DNA of 64,000 nt from Eledone cirrhosa (lineage: Eukaryota), in NCBI GenBank assembly GCA_964016885.1, contig OZ024753.1:12152001-12216000 (forward strand). Direction: 5' to 3'. The translations under genes were made by a program, and so were the position numbers. The notes under the pieces are model-generated. The model did not search any database. It was given only the letters and a program-made list of their open reading frames with translations, and was not told the origin of the DNA. Shown one piece after another: positions 13,028-29,631 of this stretch (position 1 is the stretch's first letter; each line of letters opens with the position of its first letter).

Positions 13028-13410
13028 TTTTAATTAAAGAAATGTAAACCAAATTCACAAAGAAGTGTTTTTTAGTTTACAATTCCTTCAAAACATTTGT
13101 AATCTAATAAACACTGTTCGTGAATTTGGCTTCAATTTCTCTAATTATAACTTTGGTATTTAAGCTCTACCTATATCTTTAATGTTTGGCTTATGCTTTG
13201 TGCATTAAAATTTCGGATTTCTAAAGTGAGAGTGACTATTGTCTCCCTTGCCTCTGCAGGACACCAACAGAGGGCGTTAGACCCATATGTTTTTTGCACA
13301 GATACGGCCTTCTCAATGCTTATCTAAAGACATACTCTGTTTCTTTAGAAATACACAATTCTAATACGTATCTGAATACAGCTATGCCTGAAGCTAAATC
13401 TTAATTCTAT

Positions 13411-13412
<2 letters not shown>
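13025..13412 (+). mobile_element. Repeat family copy (related to 29058-29400) with 5' fold-back
   Basis: ttgtc.cccttgc...ggaca.ca.cagagggcgttag...agctatgc.tgaagc.aaatc matches the minus strand of 29060-29190. Imperfect inverted repeat at 13025-13153. Confidence 0.65.
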
Positions 13413-13455
<43 letters not shown>

Positions 13456-13541
13456 ATGTGTATTTAAGGAATTATAATATATACATATATGTATTTAATG
13501 AATTATAATTTATATGTATGTATATAATAAATTATACTATA

Positions 13542-13581
<40 letters not shown>

Positions 13582-15545
13582 GAATTGTGTATATATATAC
13601 AATTTTAAAGAGTGTGGTAGGGAGATAGACATATAATAACTTTAAAGACCACTAAGCCAGATGAGATCAGAACCGAGGCCATCTTGGTTTCATTCAGCAT
13701 TAGACATGGTGCTGATACACACTTCACTATGACCTATTGTGTTGTAACCTAAATTTACTTAATTTAATATGAAGAAAACCATTATCGTATTACAAAAATG
13801 TTTTAAAGTTTTTACAGACTTTACCGTAAAGTATACTTTCCACAATCATTTGTATTAAATGTCGAAATTCGATTTTACTCTAAGAATCTCTATTTAGCCA
13901 CAAACAGATTAGAAAGTTAATGCGTTGGCAATCTTAGATATTTCATCATAACAATTTTAATGGTCTTGTTTCGTGTAATAGAGTTAAATCATTTCTTATG
14001 AATCAAAATTTTATATGATAGTGTTGTCACGAATTACCATGCTTGGTAAATGATTTTTACATTGAATAAAGGATTAAATGGTTTTGCAATTGAATGAATT
14101 TGTCATCAGAAAAATGATGATGAACTATTATGATTGACTTTATATACTTCCTTGCTTTTAACCACTTTGTCATTGAGCTACTATGGTTATATTAAATAGA
14201 AGAAATAAAATAATATATATTAAATGTAAGGATGCAGTAGACAGGCAAAAGATTATATTTTTATTCTTAGAAAGTGTTGCTATTTCGGAAACAACGTCAA
14301 TATTATTATATTTTATTTTAGATCGTTTAATGTTATTTTAATGTCTTCATGCTAACATTCAATTTCACTCTGTCAAACATTTCTACCGACTACAATAAGA
14401 AGTTTCTTCATATTAAAGTTCAACTTTCCTTTTAAATAAAGTATGAAAAGTGAAAGTTTATTTACGTTACTTATACTGATATATCTATTTCCATGTACTC
14501 GCTTCATATTAAATGTTACAACCACGATATCCTTGACTGATATCGAAGATAATCTGAAATAGGAAGTAGCTAAAATTAATTTCTGGTCGAACACATAAGA
14601 GAGTAATAGCTCAATTACTTTATCTATGATGGAATAGATTGTGGTTTCAACATGGAAGAGGAGTTAAATCTGTCGATTGAAAATACATATAATATACCTT
14701 AGGCATTTTCTTCGTCTACGTCATTTCATTTAGATGTTGTGCGGCGACCCGAAGCAATTTTATACAGGGTCATTTGCAACACAAGAAGACGCAGAACTAC
14801 TTATTCGTGAAGTGAAATTCTTAGACACATAAACATACATCTTTATACGTCAGGATCTATAGAAAATAAAAGACATATCCTTTAATTCTTAGGAGGCAAT
14901 TTCCTGGATTCGTTAGAGCGTTAACGTAAATGAGTCTTGCAATAGTTGAAATCTTTGGATTTACTTTAAAATTACATACTTCTCTTTCACGTTTGATAAA
15001 TGACATAGCTATCGCGAACCGGACCCGATTATCTTTTCCATTTTTTCTCTTTCCCATCTTCCCTCTTTCCCATCTTCCCTCTTTTGTCTCCAATGAGAGA
15101 TGCTCGTTAGAGAACTCTGAATGAATCTGAGTTCAGAGATGGGATAGATGATTTTAATGATATTATGCACAGTCAACGGTACCTACAAATTCCCACACGC
15201 TGTAATATTTGGTTGAGAATAATAGAGAATTTATAAATGGTTAATGTCCAATATTTAGCAGGTGTGTTATTTTGTATGCATCAACATGAAAGTAGGTGAA
15301 CAGTAATTATTAAATTGATTAATGTATCATAATCTAACGGAAAATTAATGACTTTAGTTTATGAAAAAATAGCTGAAATATATATCGAGGAATTATTTAA
15401 GCAACCAGGCAAATCATTGCATTATTATTTCACCTGCCAAGATATACCTTATTCGGTTTAGTAATCACCCTTTACGTTCTAATTTGAACTAACGTCGAGG
15501 TCAAATGCATCCTTTCCTCCTATTGAATTAAATAAAAGGAATTAC

Positions 15546-16260
15546 CATCTGGGCAGATATATAGTGATGATTATTCTGATAATAGCTCACCTGGAAGGAT
15601 ATTCAGCATTCGGTATATTGATCTAGGCTCACCTGGGAAGATATTCAATATTACTTTTAATGATAACATTTCACCTGGGAAGACATTCACCCTTCGATCA
15701 TACTGAGTACAGCTCACCTGGACAAATATTCAATATTTCGTATAATGATATTTGTTCACCTGGGAAGATATTCAGTCATCGATTATACTGAGAACAGCTC
15801 ACCTGGGCAGATATTCAGCCTTCGATTATACTAAGGCTGCTCACCTGGGCAGATATTCAATATTATGTATAATTGTTTCTACTTCTGGCACAAGGCTAGA
15901 CATTATCCTAGTGTATTACTGGTACTTTGTTATCGACCCCGTAAGGATGAAAGGCAAAGTTAACTTAGGCGGGATTTTAACTCGGACCATAAAGGGACGT
16001 AACTGTGCTCCAAAGCTTGGCGTTCGACCCTCTACCGATACTGCCAATCTATCGTCCTATATTTCGTATAATGGTAAGTTTACCTGGGAAGATATTCACC
16101 CTTCAATTATACCGAGGACAGCTCACCTATGTAGGTATTCCGCCTTCGATTATATTAAGGCAGCTCACCTGGTCAGACATATAGTGATGGTTATACTGAT
16201 TTAAGCTCACCTGTGCAGATATTCAATGTTTGTTATAACGATGACGGTTAACATAGGCAG
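15546..16260. repeat. Diverged ~43 bp minisatellite interrupted by a SINE
   Basis: About 12 units containing (gc)tcacctgggcagatattca. Confidence 0.85.
15871..16057 (-). mobile_element. Nin-domain SINE inserted in the minisatellite
   Basis: Reverse complement of the SINE core. The minisatellite resumes on both sides with a diverged TSD atatt..gtataat. Confidence 0.85.
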
Positions 16261-16300
16261 GTGTTTGGAGACGGCAAAGTATTATATTATTATTTGTGTC

Positions 16301-16672
16301 GAGGGCGGTGATTGGCAGTATCGGTAGAGAGTTACGGCCCTTTATGATCTGAGTTCAAATCCCGCCGAAGTTAACTTTGCCTTACGGGGTCGATAACATA
16401 AAGTACCAGTCACGCATTGGGGTCGATTTAATCGACTTTCCCCTCCCTTAAAAAATGCTGGCCTTGTGCCTATATAAGAAATCATTATTATGTGGATTGG
16501 CAGTATCGGTAGAGGGTCGGACGCCATGCTTTCCAGCATAGTTACGTCCCTTTGCGATCTGAGTTCAAATCGCGCCGAGGTTGACTTTGCCTTTCATCCT
16601 TACGGGGTCGATAAAATAAAGTACCAGTAATGAAATGGTGAATTGCTGGCCTTGTGCCTAAAGTAGAAACGG
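16301..16672 (+). mobile_element. Head-to-tail SINE dimer
   Basis: Two Nin-SINE units (16301-16490 and 16492-16672) enclosed by one 14 bp TSD, TTATTATTTGTGTC. Confidence 0.85.
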
Positions 16673-18445
16673 TTATTATTTGTGTCTATAATAAGAGTTC
16701 TGATATCTTGTGAACCATATTTCTTGAAGTAAACTCATAGTTCTAATATCTAGTTAATCCATGTTAGTTGAGGTAAACATGTTTCTATTCTGGCTTGTGT
16801 AGACATTCTGTCTTGCTGTTGTTGGAAAAAACAATATGGATACGAAACTATTAAATCAAGTTTTAATGTGAAAGTCTAACCGAAATAAAGTGCGCTTTCC
16901 ATGCTTTACGAAATATTATACAATGATACTAAGCATGCTAACAACATTTAAGTGTCTGAAAATCTCTATATAAATTTCTGGGATTCTGTCACATCACGTA
17001 AAGAGAGAGGAGTAGTTTGACTACCTCATACTAGTCCTCTTTCTTCTGCATATGTGTGTGTAAAATCAAGGAAGGGGATTGTGAATAATCTACGCTGTGT
17101 AAATGTGTGTGTGTCTGTGTTAATGTTTGTATGCGAGTGTATTTATGTGTGTCTGTGTTTGCGTCTTTATATCTCTATACTCATACATATACATGTCTGC
17201 ATATGTACATACACACGCACAAATATATACAGATACGTGTCAGTGTGTTGAAACAAATTCTAGTGCAATATATTATATTATTTTCTAGTATTGGCACAAT
17301 CATACATACTTTATAAAAGGTTAGATTCAACTTAATCTAATGGAATATTTGATGTGATATTATACTCGATTACATCGCGTCAGGTATATTATTATTAATA
17401 GATATTATCAACCGTACAAGCGTAAAAGAACAAAGTTGATCTCTGCGAGATTTTAACTCCGTAACAAAATATCATAAATCATTTTGTCAACCACGCACAC
17501 ATGTAAGCACGCAAGCACACACGCACGCACGCAAGCACACACGCACATACGAACGCACGTACGCCACATTCACTCACTCTCTATTTCTCTGTCTCTCTCT
17601 TACATGCTGTAAATCTGACTATACGGAATTATATATCTGCTGACATATACATATGTTGAATATGTATAACCAATATAACTAGAAATTCAATGTAGATAAT
17701 ATGGACACATGCGAAATAAAGGTCTGAATCTCGATCGTTTTGAAACAGTTATTTATTATTCCATTCTCTCCTATATTTACGTGTTTGCATGTCATCTCTA
17801 ACATATCTCAGCAAAGAAACACGACATGTTAATTCAACCTAACTCTTACGTTATAAAATATTATTTGTTATGTCTTCAAACATGTCATTATAAGCCTACA
17901 CAGATTTCAAGCAAATGCAAATTACCCAAAATGAGAGAGTGCACTTTCTTTATTTCGTTTAGTTTTGATATCTACTATAATTTATCTCTCTTCACAAGAG
18001 AGTGTCAAAAGAAAGTATATCTATGTACGTCATTTAAAATAGTTTTTATCAAACATATAAAGACATACTGCATAGAGCGTTCTAAAATTGCACAGTTAAT
18101 TTCGGTTGAATGTTGAGTATGCTTTATTTTATGATTCCTGATTCATTTGATACAGTTAGCATCAGAATTGTTTCTTTAGATTCTTCTTTAGTTTCTCTCA
18201 GTACTGCAGTTTTTTTTAGATTTCTCTGATATGTACTGTAATATGCTGCGTGAGAATTCAATCGACAATTAGTGCTGATACAAGTGAACCTAGCATGTAT
18301 TTTATTTAACTCAAACGACATTATCATTGAAATACCATTGAATATATTGTTATGCTATATTTCTTTTAAGTTTTGCATTTATATTCAGGACTGTCTTTCC
18401 TACTTAATCAATTAAAAAAGCAAATAATATCATTCATGAAATAAT

Positions 18446-18634
18446 TGTATCTACATTTGGCACAAGGCCAGCAATTATCCAGTGCATTACTGGTACTTTA
18501 TTTTATCGACCACGTAAGGATGAAAGGCAAAGTAAACCTCAGCGGGATTTGAACTCAGAATGGCAAGGGCCGTAACTCTATATGTCAAAGCATGTGCGTC
18601 CGACCCTCGACCGATACTGCCAATCCACCGCCCT
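18446..18634 (-). mobile_element. Nin-domain SINE
   Basis: Full SINE consensus with TSD ATGAAATAAT. Confidence 0.9.
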
Positions 18635-18744
18635 ATGAAATAATCGCAGACATATGTAGTATATCGTTGACAGGTTGATGATGGAGCATCAAGTCAATTC
18701 TATCACAGAATGGCACAAACGTTAATGAAGTGAAATATTTCACT

Positions 18745-19020
18745 CATATGGACATAGTCGAAGACACTCAACCGCCTGAGAATAGGAATGGGGCGATCAA
18801 AAGCTGCTATGGCCAGATGGCGCTACAAGACCGGGGCCCAACCATCTGCGAATGCGGAGAAGAGGACCATACGATGCAGCACTGCCTTGTTTGGCCTCTA
18901 CTACCCAACCAGTGCATCTTAAAAGATCTCGCAGAATTTAATAATAATGCACAGGACTCTGTAAATAAATGGGGAACTGTCATATAACCACATGCTTCGA
19001 AGATACGAAAACAAGAAGTA
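18745..19020 (+). mobile_element. RTE-clade LINE 3' fragment
   Basis: TLNRLRIGMGRSKAAMARW, then a frameshift, then CECGEEDHTMQHCL. Short 3' UTR ending GATACGAAAACAAGAAG. Confidence 0.75.
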
Positions 19021-19595
19021 GAAAGGTTATGTAGTTCTAAAAAAATGTATTACGTTATCAATTTACATTAACTCCATAAGGATATTCAATGATTTAAATA
19101 CTATATAATAAATAACGCTCAGAATCTGCAATGAAGAAACTCATTAATGTAAAACTGTTAATTGTATTCTGTCACAGATTATAGGAATATTATCTCTAAG
19201 TTGTAGAATCATTTTTTTCTTTTAATTATAAACAATTTTTTCATTAGATTACGCAACCATGATTGGTAAATACCTGCTGTTATTGTGTTATCGTCTTAGA
19301 TAATGAAATATCTATGGAAAACAGATTAGTTGCAATTATTCCAGTTTATGGCAATAATGTCCGTATGTAACTATCAAAATAAATCTAGATATTCTGAGTA
19401 GCAGTTATTGTCCATACACAGGGAAAACAATTCAGAAAATGTACGAACTCTCTGATAAGAATTCAAACCATACAAAACCGATGGGGATTTTCATAAATCC
19501 GCTTACAACATACAGAAGAAGAACCGTTTGTGGAAGCTTCTATTTATTTAATTTCTTTTCAAAGAAACATGTTTTTATACAGTTGCATAAATAAC

Positions 19596-19734
19596 TTTCT
19601 AGTTTAGGCACAAGCCCAGCAATTACCAGTGCATTACTGGTACTTTATTTTATCGACCCCGTAAGGATGAAAGGCAAAGTCAACCTCGGCGGGATTTGAA
19701 CTCAGATCGTAAAGGGACGTAACTACCGATACTG
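19596..19734 (-). mobile_element. Nin-domain SINE (internal deletion)
   Basis: SINE core with TSD TGCATAAATAAC. Confidence 0.9.
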
Positions 19735-20333
19735 TGCATAAATAACATTATTCATATATACAAATTGGCTTTAAAAACCATAGATGATTACATAAATATG
19801 AAAATCAAAGATATTAGCTAAATTAAGTAATGAGAATATTGGAGAGAGTTAAAGAAGGTCAGATCTAACTGCAGAAGAAATTAGAGGATTGAACTATCAA
19901 CGTCATAAATGAGAGCAAACGGAGGGGAACAGGAAGGAATCTAGGGCCACAAAAGAAAAGTAGAGGGAAGGTTTAAGTGAGGTGGGCTCTGCGCCTAGGG
20001 CGCATCGATCTCCGGGATGCACCCCGCGAAGATTCCTACATAAGTTATAGTGATTGAATATTCGGAACATAGGCTATGTAATTATTGAGAGAGAATTGTC
20101 AATATAGAGTGATAAGTTAGAATAGCTTGTATTAAAACAATTCTGGATCAAGGACTGGTAAAAAAAAAACTATACTCAGTTAAAATATATTTTCCTACTA
20201 CGATGACTTTATAAGTTTCATAGTTATTTGATTTATAAGAAAAACATGGGAGGCACGTTATTTTCTCCGTTTGTTAGCCCGTGTCTCTCTACCTTTTTAT
20301 CATCTCGAGGTGTAGCTTACAAGATTTTCTTAA

Positions 20334-20463
20334 CTAGCGTTTACAGTGATCAGGGATTATCGAACACATTCGTATTTAGACGTGCACAATATAAAAATGC
20401 ATGCATACACAGATACACAGATACGTACATGCATACACACATACATACATAAACACGCACACG

Positions 20464-20505
<42 letters not shown>

Positions 20506-20830
20506 CATACATACGATTGGAAGTTTAGTAAAATCGAAGCTGTGACGGTCGGCCAACATTGCGATAGAACAAAAATGCGGATTTGCACGAAGCAGTCAAT
20601 AAGAATGTATCGATAAATCGATACATCGTTGCACCTGAGGATCATAAACATACGTTAGATAGCATGACAAATTGGAAACTGTGGTTAAGAGGACAAAGCT
20701 ACAGAAGCCACCGCAACAACGAAAATACAATCGGGTTAACTAACAAACCTAGACCGTGTCGTAGGGTGTTATATAATATTCTCAATTGGTTTCTATGAAT
20801 CTAAAAGCAACAATCCGACTATATATATGA
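20334..20830 (-). mobile_element. Degraded relative of the 5519-6356 Helitron
   Basis: 20515-20680 resembles 5868-6020 (attggaa.t.agtaaaatcgaa...acatacgtt..atagc.tgacaaat). CTAG at 20334; the other end is uncertain. Confidence 0.4.
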
Positions 20831-21222
20831 ATAGTATTTAAAATAAAACATTGCACTCCTATGGTTCATATAAACTTAATTATGTTTATTACTAAGGCTA
20901 AAAGATTTTATTTATATTTTCTATCATACCACATCTCAAACTAAATGTAATTACTGGCACGAAACCCATTACAAATACGAATGCGTACTCAGCCCTGTAA
21001 GTTTCTCTCAATGTTATTACCAACTCCCAAAGACCCATCAAATCCCAAGCCTTATTGGTGCCCAACCGTTCTGGATAACAATTACAATGGAACACAAACT
21101 TCCAAACACGCACACTCACAGATATATATATATAGTAATAATAAGTAATACGTTTTCAAAAGATCCTGTTAAGGGTGACAGAAGCGATTATTTGCTTAAA
21201 CATTAATCTATTCTTATAATAA

Positions 21223-21265
<43 letters not shown>

Positions 21266-21330
21266 GTGAACTTTCAACCGTCAAGGTTGTTTTTTCCACG
21301 GTTATGTCAATATTTAAAAAACAAATCTTG

Positions 21331-21397
21331 TATTTTATCTGATGAAAGCGCACCAAGTATGCCTTGGTTGTCCTTGAAATATATATATAATAAAATA
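21331..21397 (+). ncRNA. Type I hammerhead ribozyme
   Basis: TATTTTAT-CTGATGA-[AAGCGCACCAAG tatgc CTTGGTTGTCCTT]-GAAA-TATATATA-TA-ATAAAATA: perfect 8 bp stem I, intact core, palindromic stem III. Confidence 0.8.
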
Positions 21398-21432
21398 ATT
21401 ATGGTTTTATAAATATAGTTTCCATTTAATAT

Positions 21433-21491
<59 letters not shown>

Positions 21492-21914
21492 AAGCACAAA
21501 CACGCATACCAAACACACACGCACAAATAAAGGTCATAAACATCTCTCTCTAAATGTCTCTATAGGTATTGCTCCGCCAAAATTGATATAATAATGTACT
21601 AACGTAAATCGAAGAATATAAATGAAATAGTTTGAGTCTGGAAAATGATTTAAATATTGCCAGCAGTAACTGAAAAAGAACAATCTAATTTTTTTTCAAT
21701 GATTTAAGTGATATTAACTAGAGTAAACCTATGTGATTGCTAACGATTAGAGACAAATTCTGGGCAGACATTCAAAACAAATATTTATTTAAAACAATTC
21801 AAAACAAAATCTACGAGTGTTTATTGAAAACAGTTATGATTATAACATCACGTATTGGAAAACAACACCCAAAGACATAAAACAGATGAAAAATAGTTAT
21901 GATCCTGAAAAATA

Positions 21915-21933
21915 ATGCGCGTGTGCGCGTGTG

Positions 21934-22019
<86 letters not shown>

Positions 22020-22056
22020 TGTGTGTGTATATATATATATATATTTATATATATGC

Positions 22057-22103
<47 letters not shown>

Positions 22104-22113
22104 CGTGTGTGTG

Positions 22114-22145
<32 letters not shown>

Positions 22146-22159
22146 CGTGTGTGTGTGTA

Positions 22160-22204
<45 letters not shown>

Positions 22205-22254
22205 ATCTATATATATATATGTGTGTGTGTGTATCTATATATATATATATATAC

Positions 22255-22285
<31 letters not shown>

Positions 22286-22349
22286 CGTGTGTGTGTATAT
22301 ATGTATATATATACGTGTGTGTGTATATATGTATATATATATATATGTG

Positions 22350-22386
<37 letters not shown>

Positions 22387-22517
22387 GTGTGTGTGTATGT
22401 ATGTATATGTAGATATATACACGTGTGTGTGTGTATATGTATACGTGTGTGTGTATATATGTATATATATATATACGGGTGTGTGTGTGTGTGTATATAT
22501 ATATACGTGTGTGTGTA

Positions 22518-22551
<34 letters not shown>

Positions 22552-22604
22552 CGTGTGTGTGTGTGTGTGTGTATATATATGTGTGTGTGTGTATATATAT
22601 ATAC

Positions 22605-22657
<53 letters not shown>

Positions 22658-22677
22658 TTTGTATATATATATATATA
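21915..22677. repeat. Compound (TA)n/(TG)n microsatellite
   Basis: Direct inspection. Confidence 0.95.
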
Positions 22678-23377
22678 TCTATATATATAAAACTGTGGTT
22701 GTCTGTCTGTCTATCGATTTTTGGCACACATCTCCTCTTAGAATCTCTCACGGAATTGCACCGAAATTGCTATACTTGTACATTGAGCCCTAGCGAAGAC
22801 ATCGGAAAAAAATATTTTAAATTGACCCGCCCTATCTGACGAAATTGAATATAATGTATCGATTTTTGAGCGTAAGTGATCAGTTATTTCCCTTTGTTCT
22901 GTTTACATTGAGCGTCTGCGTGCAAAAATTAAAAAAATTACGCTACGCGTGCAGACAGACAGTCGTGCAGAGAGGTGATATACGCGTGCAGACAGACAGT
23001 CGTGCAGAGAGGTGATATAGGCGTGCAGACAGAATGTCGTGCAGAGAGGTGATATAGGCGTGCAGACAGACATAACTGATAATTTGGTTACGCTAATGTT
23101 TTTCTCTGCGTTGCAGTGTTTACATTTTCGATCTTTGTTAATAAATAACCAGTGCAGTTTTTATCCCCAGCATCGTCTTTTGTTATAACATTGGGGTTAT
23201 CGTTATGTTTTCTTAACTTCATAAGGCATATTGTTGGTTGAGGGAATATTAATCAAAAACACCACATGCAAGTCTGCACAGTAGAAACTACAGTTTTTAA
23301 GCCAAAAAAGAAACTTAACATTGTAACTTTAACACAGCTACTGAGCGACCCCGAGCAACGCCGGGCTTTACTGCTAG
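22678..23377 (+). mobile_element. Complete non-autonomous Helitron
   Basis: 5' A|TCTATATATATAAAAC with (GTCT)n. 3' hairpin CCCGAGCAACGCCGGG then CTAG|T. Internal ~36 bp tandem repeat, three copies plus a partial one (22947-23071). Confidence 0.85.
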
Positions 23378-23430
23378 TATGAAATAAAGTTAAATAAAAG
23401 TCAAATGATTAAAATTTAGCTTCGTTTATT

Positions 23431-23485
23431 ACGGCTATATATATTTCAGTTACAGCCATCTTTGGCTGCGATCTCTTCAGGCAGT
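23431..23485 (-). ncRNA. Type I hammerhead ribozyme (one stem I mismatch)
   Basis: Minus strand: ACTGC-CTGAAGA-gatcGCAGCCA aaga TGGCTGTaact-GAAA-TATATA-TA-GCCGT. Confidence 0.6.
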
Positions 23486-23879
23486 TTGAATTAGTATGGT
23501 ATAGACAAGTACATATGTTGTTTAGGTGTATAATATTGTCAATGCTCTGATATTCCCAGTTCCTGGTTGGGTTGTTATTTCACTGAGGAACTGGAGTCAT
23601 ATGAATTCAAACAAACGAATTTCAGTGTCAAAGGTCCTCTTCTCTTCTCATTGGTCAGTTATTAGAACATTCCTCATTCTAAGTGTTGTTATTGTTGGAG
23701 TTAGCTTAAAAATTGACAAAATGGTAGAAGGGACAAGGTGTTAAAGGAACAAAATAACAAAAAAAGTGTCAAACTTCCCATTGGTCAGTTCTGAGAGCAT
23801 TCCTCAGTCAGAAGTCTATAGAATTAATTCTGGGGTGGGGAGCCTCACCCCATATATTCATATATTAATTCAAAATATT

Positions 23880-24072
23880 AACAAAAATAGACATTCGTGC
23901 GATCAAGTATATTTTATTTCAGAGGTACTGAACAGTACGTCGTCATCAGATAAAATGAGATGATGCATGACATACCAAGACTTAGTAGATGGTTAAGATC
24001 CACCCTGTGGAGTGCTTCCAATCTATTGTAAAACTCATTCTTTGATTTATTCATTGAACACTGTTTAACCTT

Positions 24073-24075
<3 letters not shown>
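23880..24075 (-). mobile_element. pLTR/retrozyme-like island with a degenerate hammerhead
   Basis: Minus strand: ATTTTAT-CTGATGA-cgacGTACTG tt CAGTACctct-GAAATAAAAT, with stem III and the cleavage site deleted. Shares tccac..ctgt.gagtgcttc with 63360-63385. Confidence 0.55.
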
Positions 24076-24135
<60 letters not shown>

Positions 24136-24298
24136 CAGAGATATAAAGTAAAAACATCCATAACACACAACGAAATAGATTGGCTGAAAAAAAATGATTT
24201 ACGAAATTAAACAAATAATAATTCTCTAGCCGAGCCAAATACGAAATAAATTATGTTTTGCTTCGCTTCAATTTTTGTGATATTTCTATTGTATTTTA

Positions 24299-28305
<4,007 letters not shown>

Positions 28306-28640
28306 GTGGTTTCTCTACCCTCGTAATTTTAGACACATGATATTCTGTGTTTATTTCTACATATATTATTATATAATGCTCAGTATTTATACTTTCAGCT
28401 TGTTAATTGCAAGTATCAATATGAGTTAGTAACTCTGAATTTTATTTGTATATGTATGTATATATATATATGTAATGTGTATATATATATATGTGTGTAT
28501 GTAATGTGTATATATAATATATATGTGTATGCAATGTGTGTGTGTATATATAATAATAGATGTATGTAATGTGTATATGTATATATATATGTATGTAATG
28601 TGTACATATATATATATATATATACACATTATACATGTAC

Positions 28641-28722
<82 letters not shown>

Positions 28723-28774
28723 TATACATATATATGTGTATATATATATATATACACTATATATTTATATACAC

Positions 28775-28828
<54 letters not shown>

Positions 28829-28903
28829 CACATTATACATATATACACGTTACATATACATTACATATACATATATACATTACATGTACATAGATTGTAT
28901 ATG

Positions 28904-28998
28904 TTTAACTTTGCCATTCATCCTTACGGGGTCGATAAAATAAAGTACCAGTAATGTACTGGGTATTCGCTGGCCTTCTGCCCAAATGTAGAAACAAT
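28904..28998 (+). mobile_element. Nin-domain SINE, 5'-truncated
   Basis: SINE core and tail. Confidence 0.8.
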
Positions 28999-29057
28999 TA
29001 TATATATATATATATATTTACTGTATATATATATGTAATATACATGTATATATTTAT

Positions 29058-29391
29058 AAATAGGATTTCGCTTCAAGCATAGCTTTATACAATATGTATA
29101 AATATTTCGTATCTCCAAAGAAATACGGTTTGAGGAAGCCGTAGCTGGGCTAACGCCCTCTGGTGATGTCCAGCAAGGGGGACAACCGTCTATGCATTTC
29201 AGGCTTAACTGGCCTTCGTCAGACGGTCCCTCCCACCGCTTGCGACTGAATATATACTTCTGTCGTCTGTGTAAATAAGGTGATTAATCTCAGTTGCATA
29301 TGAAGCTGCATAAGTTGGCTCAACTTCTAATAAAAAAGAAATAGGATTTCGCTTCAAGCATAGCTTCATACAGTATGTATAAATATTTCGT
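29058..29391 (-). mobile_element. Retrozyme/pLTR-like unit: 281 nt monomer plus 53 nt terminal direct repeat
   Basis: aaataggatttcgcttcaagcatagc...aatatttcgt at 29058 and 29339, with an HHR in between. Confidence 0.65.
29185..29227 (-). ncRNA. Minimal type I hammerhead ribozyme
   Basis: Minus strand: ACCGT-CTGACGA-AGGC cagttaa GCCT-GAAA-TGCA-TA-(G)ACGGT. Stem III is palindromic (ATGCAT); there is one extra G at the base of stem I. Confidence 0.65.
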
Positions 29392-29631
29392 TCAATATGT
29401 ATAAATATTTTATCTTTGTTATTATAGTACCAGTAAGACTCTTGTGTCGATTAAACTTTCCCCTCCCCTTCAAATTGGTGGCCTTGTGTCTAAATCAGAA
29501 ACCATTACTGCAGAAATAATATACGTTTATTGGCTCTACCTGATTCAACTAATATAAAAGTCTATTAAGGGACATAAATACAAGCAAGCAATCACAGACA
29601 TTTAGTAATATACGTATATATATATAGGTAA

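Noticed and set aside
14735-14835. Short peptide MLCGDPKQFYTGSFATQEDAELLIREVKFL, faintly BTB-like
   Set aside because: 32 codons ending in a stop, with no supporting neighbouring exons.
15546-16260. CRISPR-like repeat/spacer appearance
   Set aside because: The 'spacers' are related to each other, the repeats are degenerate, the context is eukaryotic and there are no cas genes. It is a minisatellite.
19960-20035. GC-rich patch resembling a hAT terminus
   Set aside because: No matching TIR or TSD was identified.
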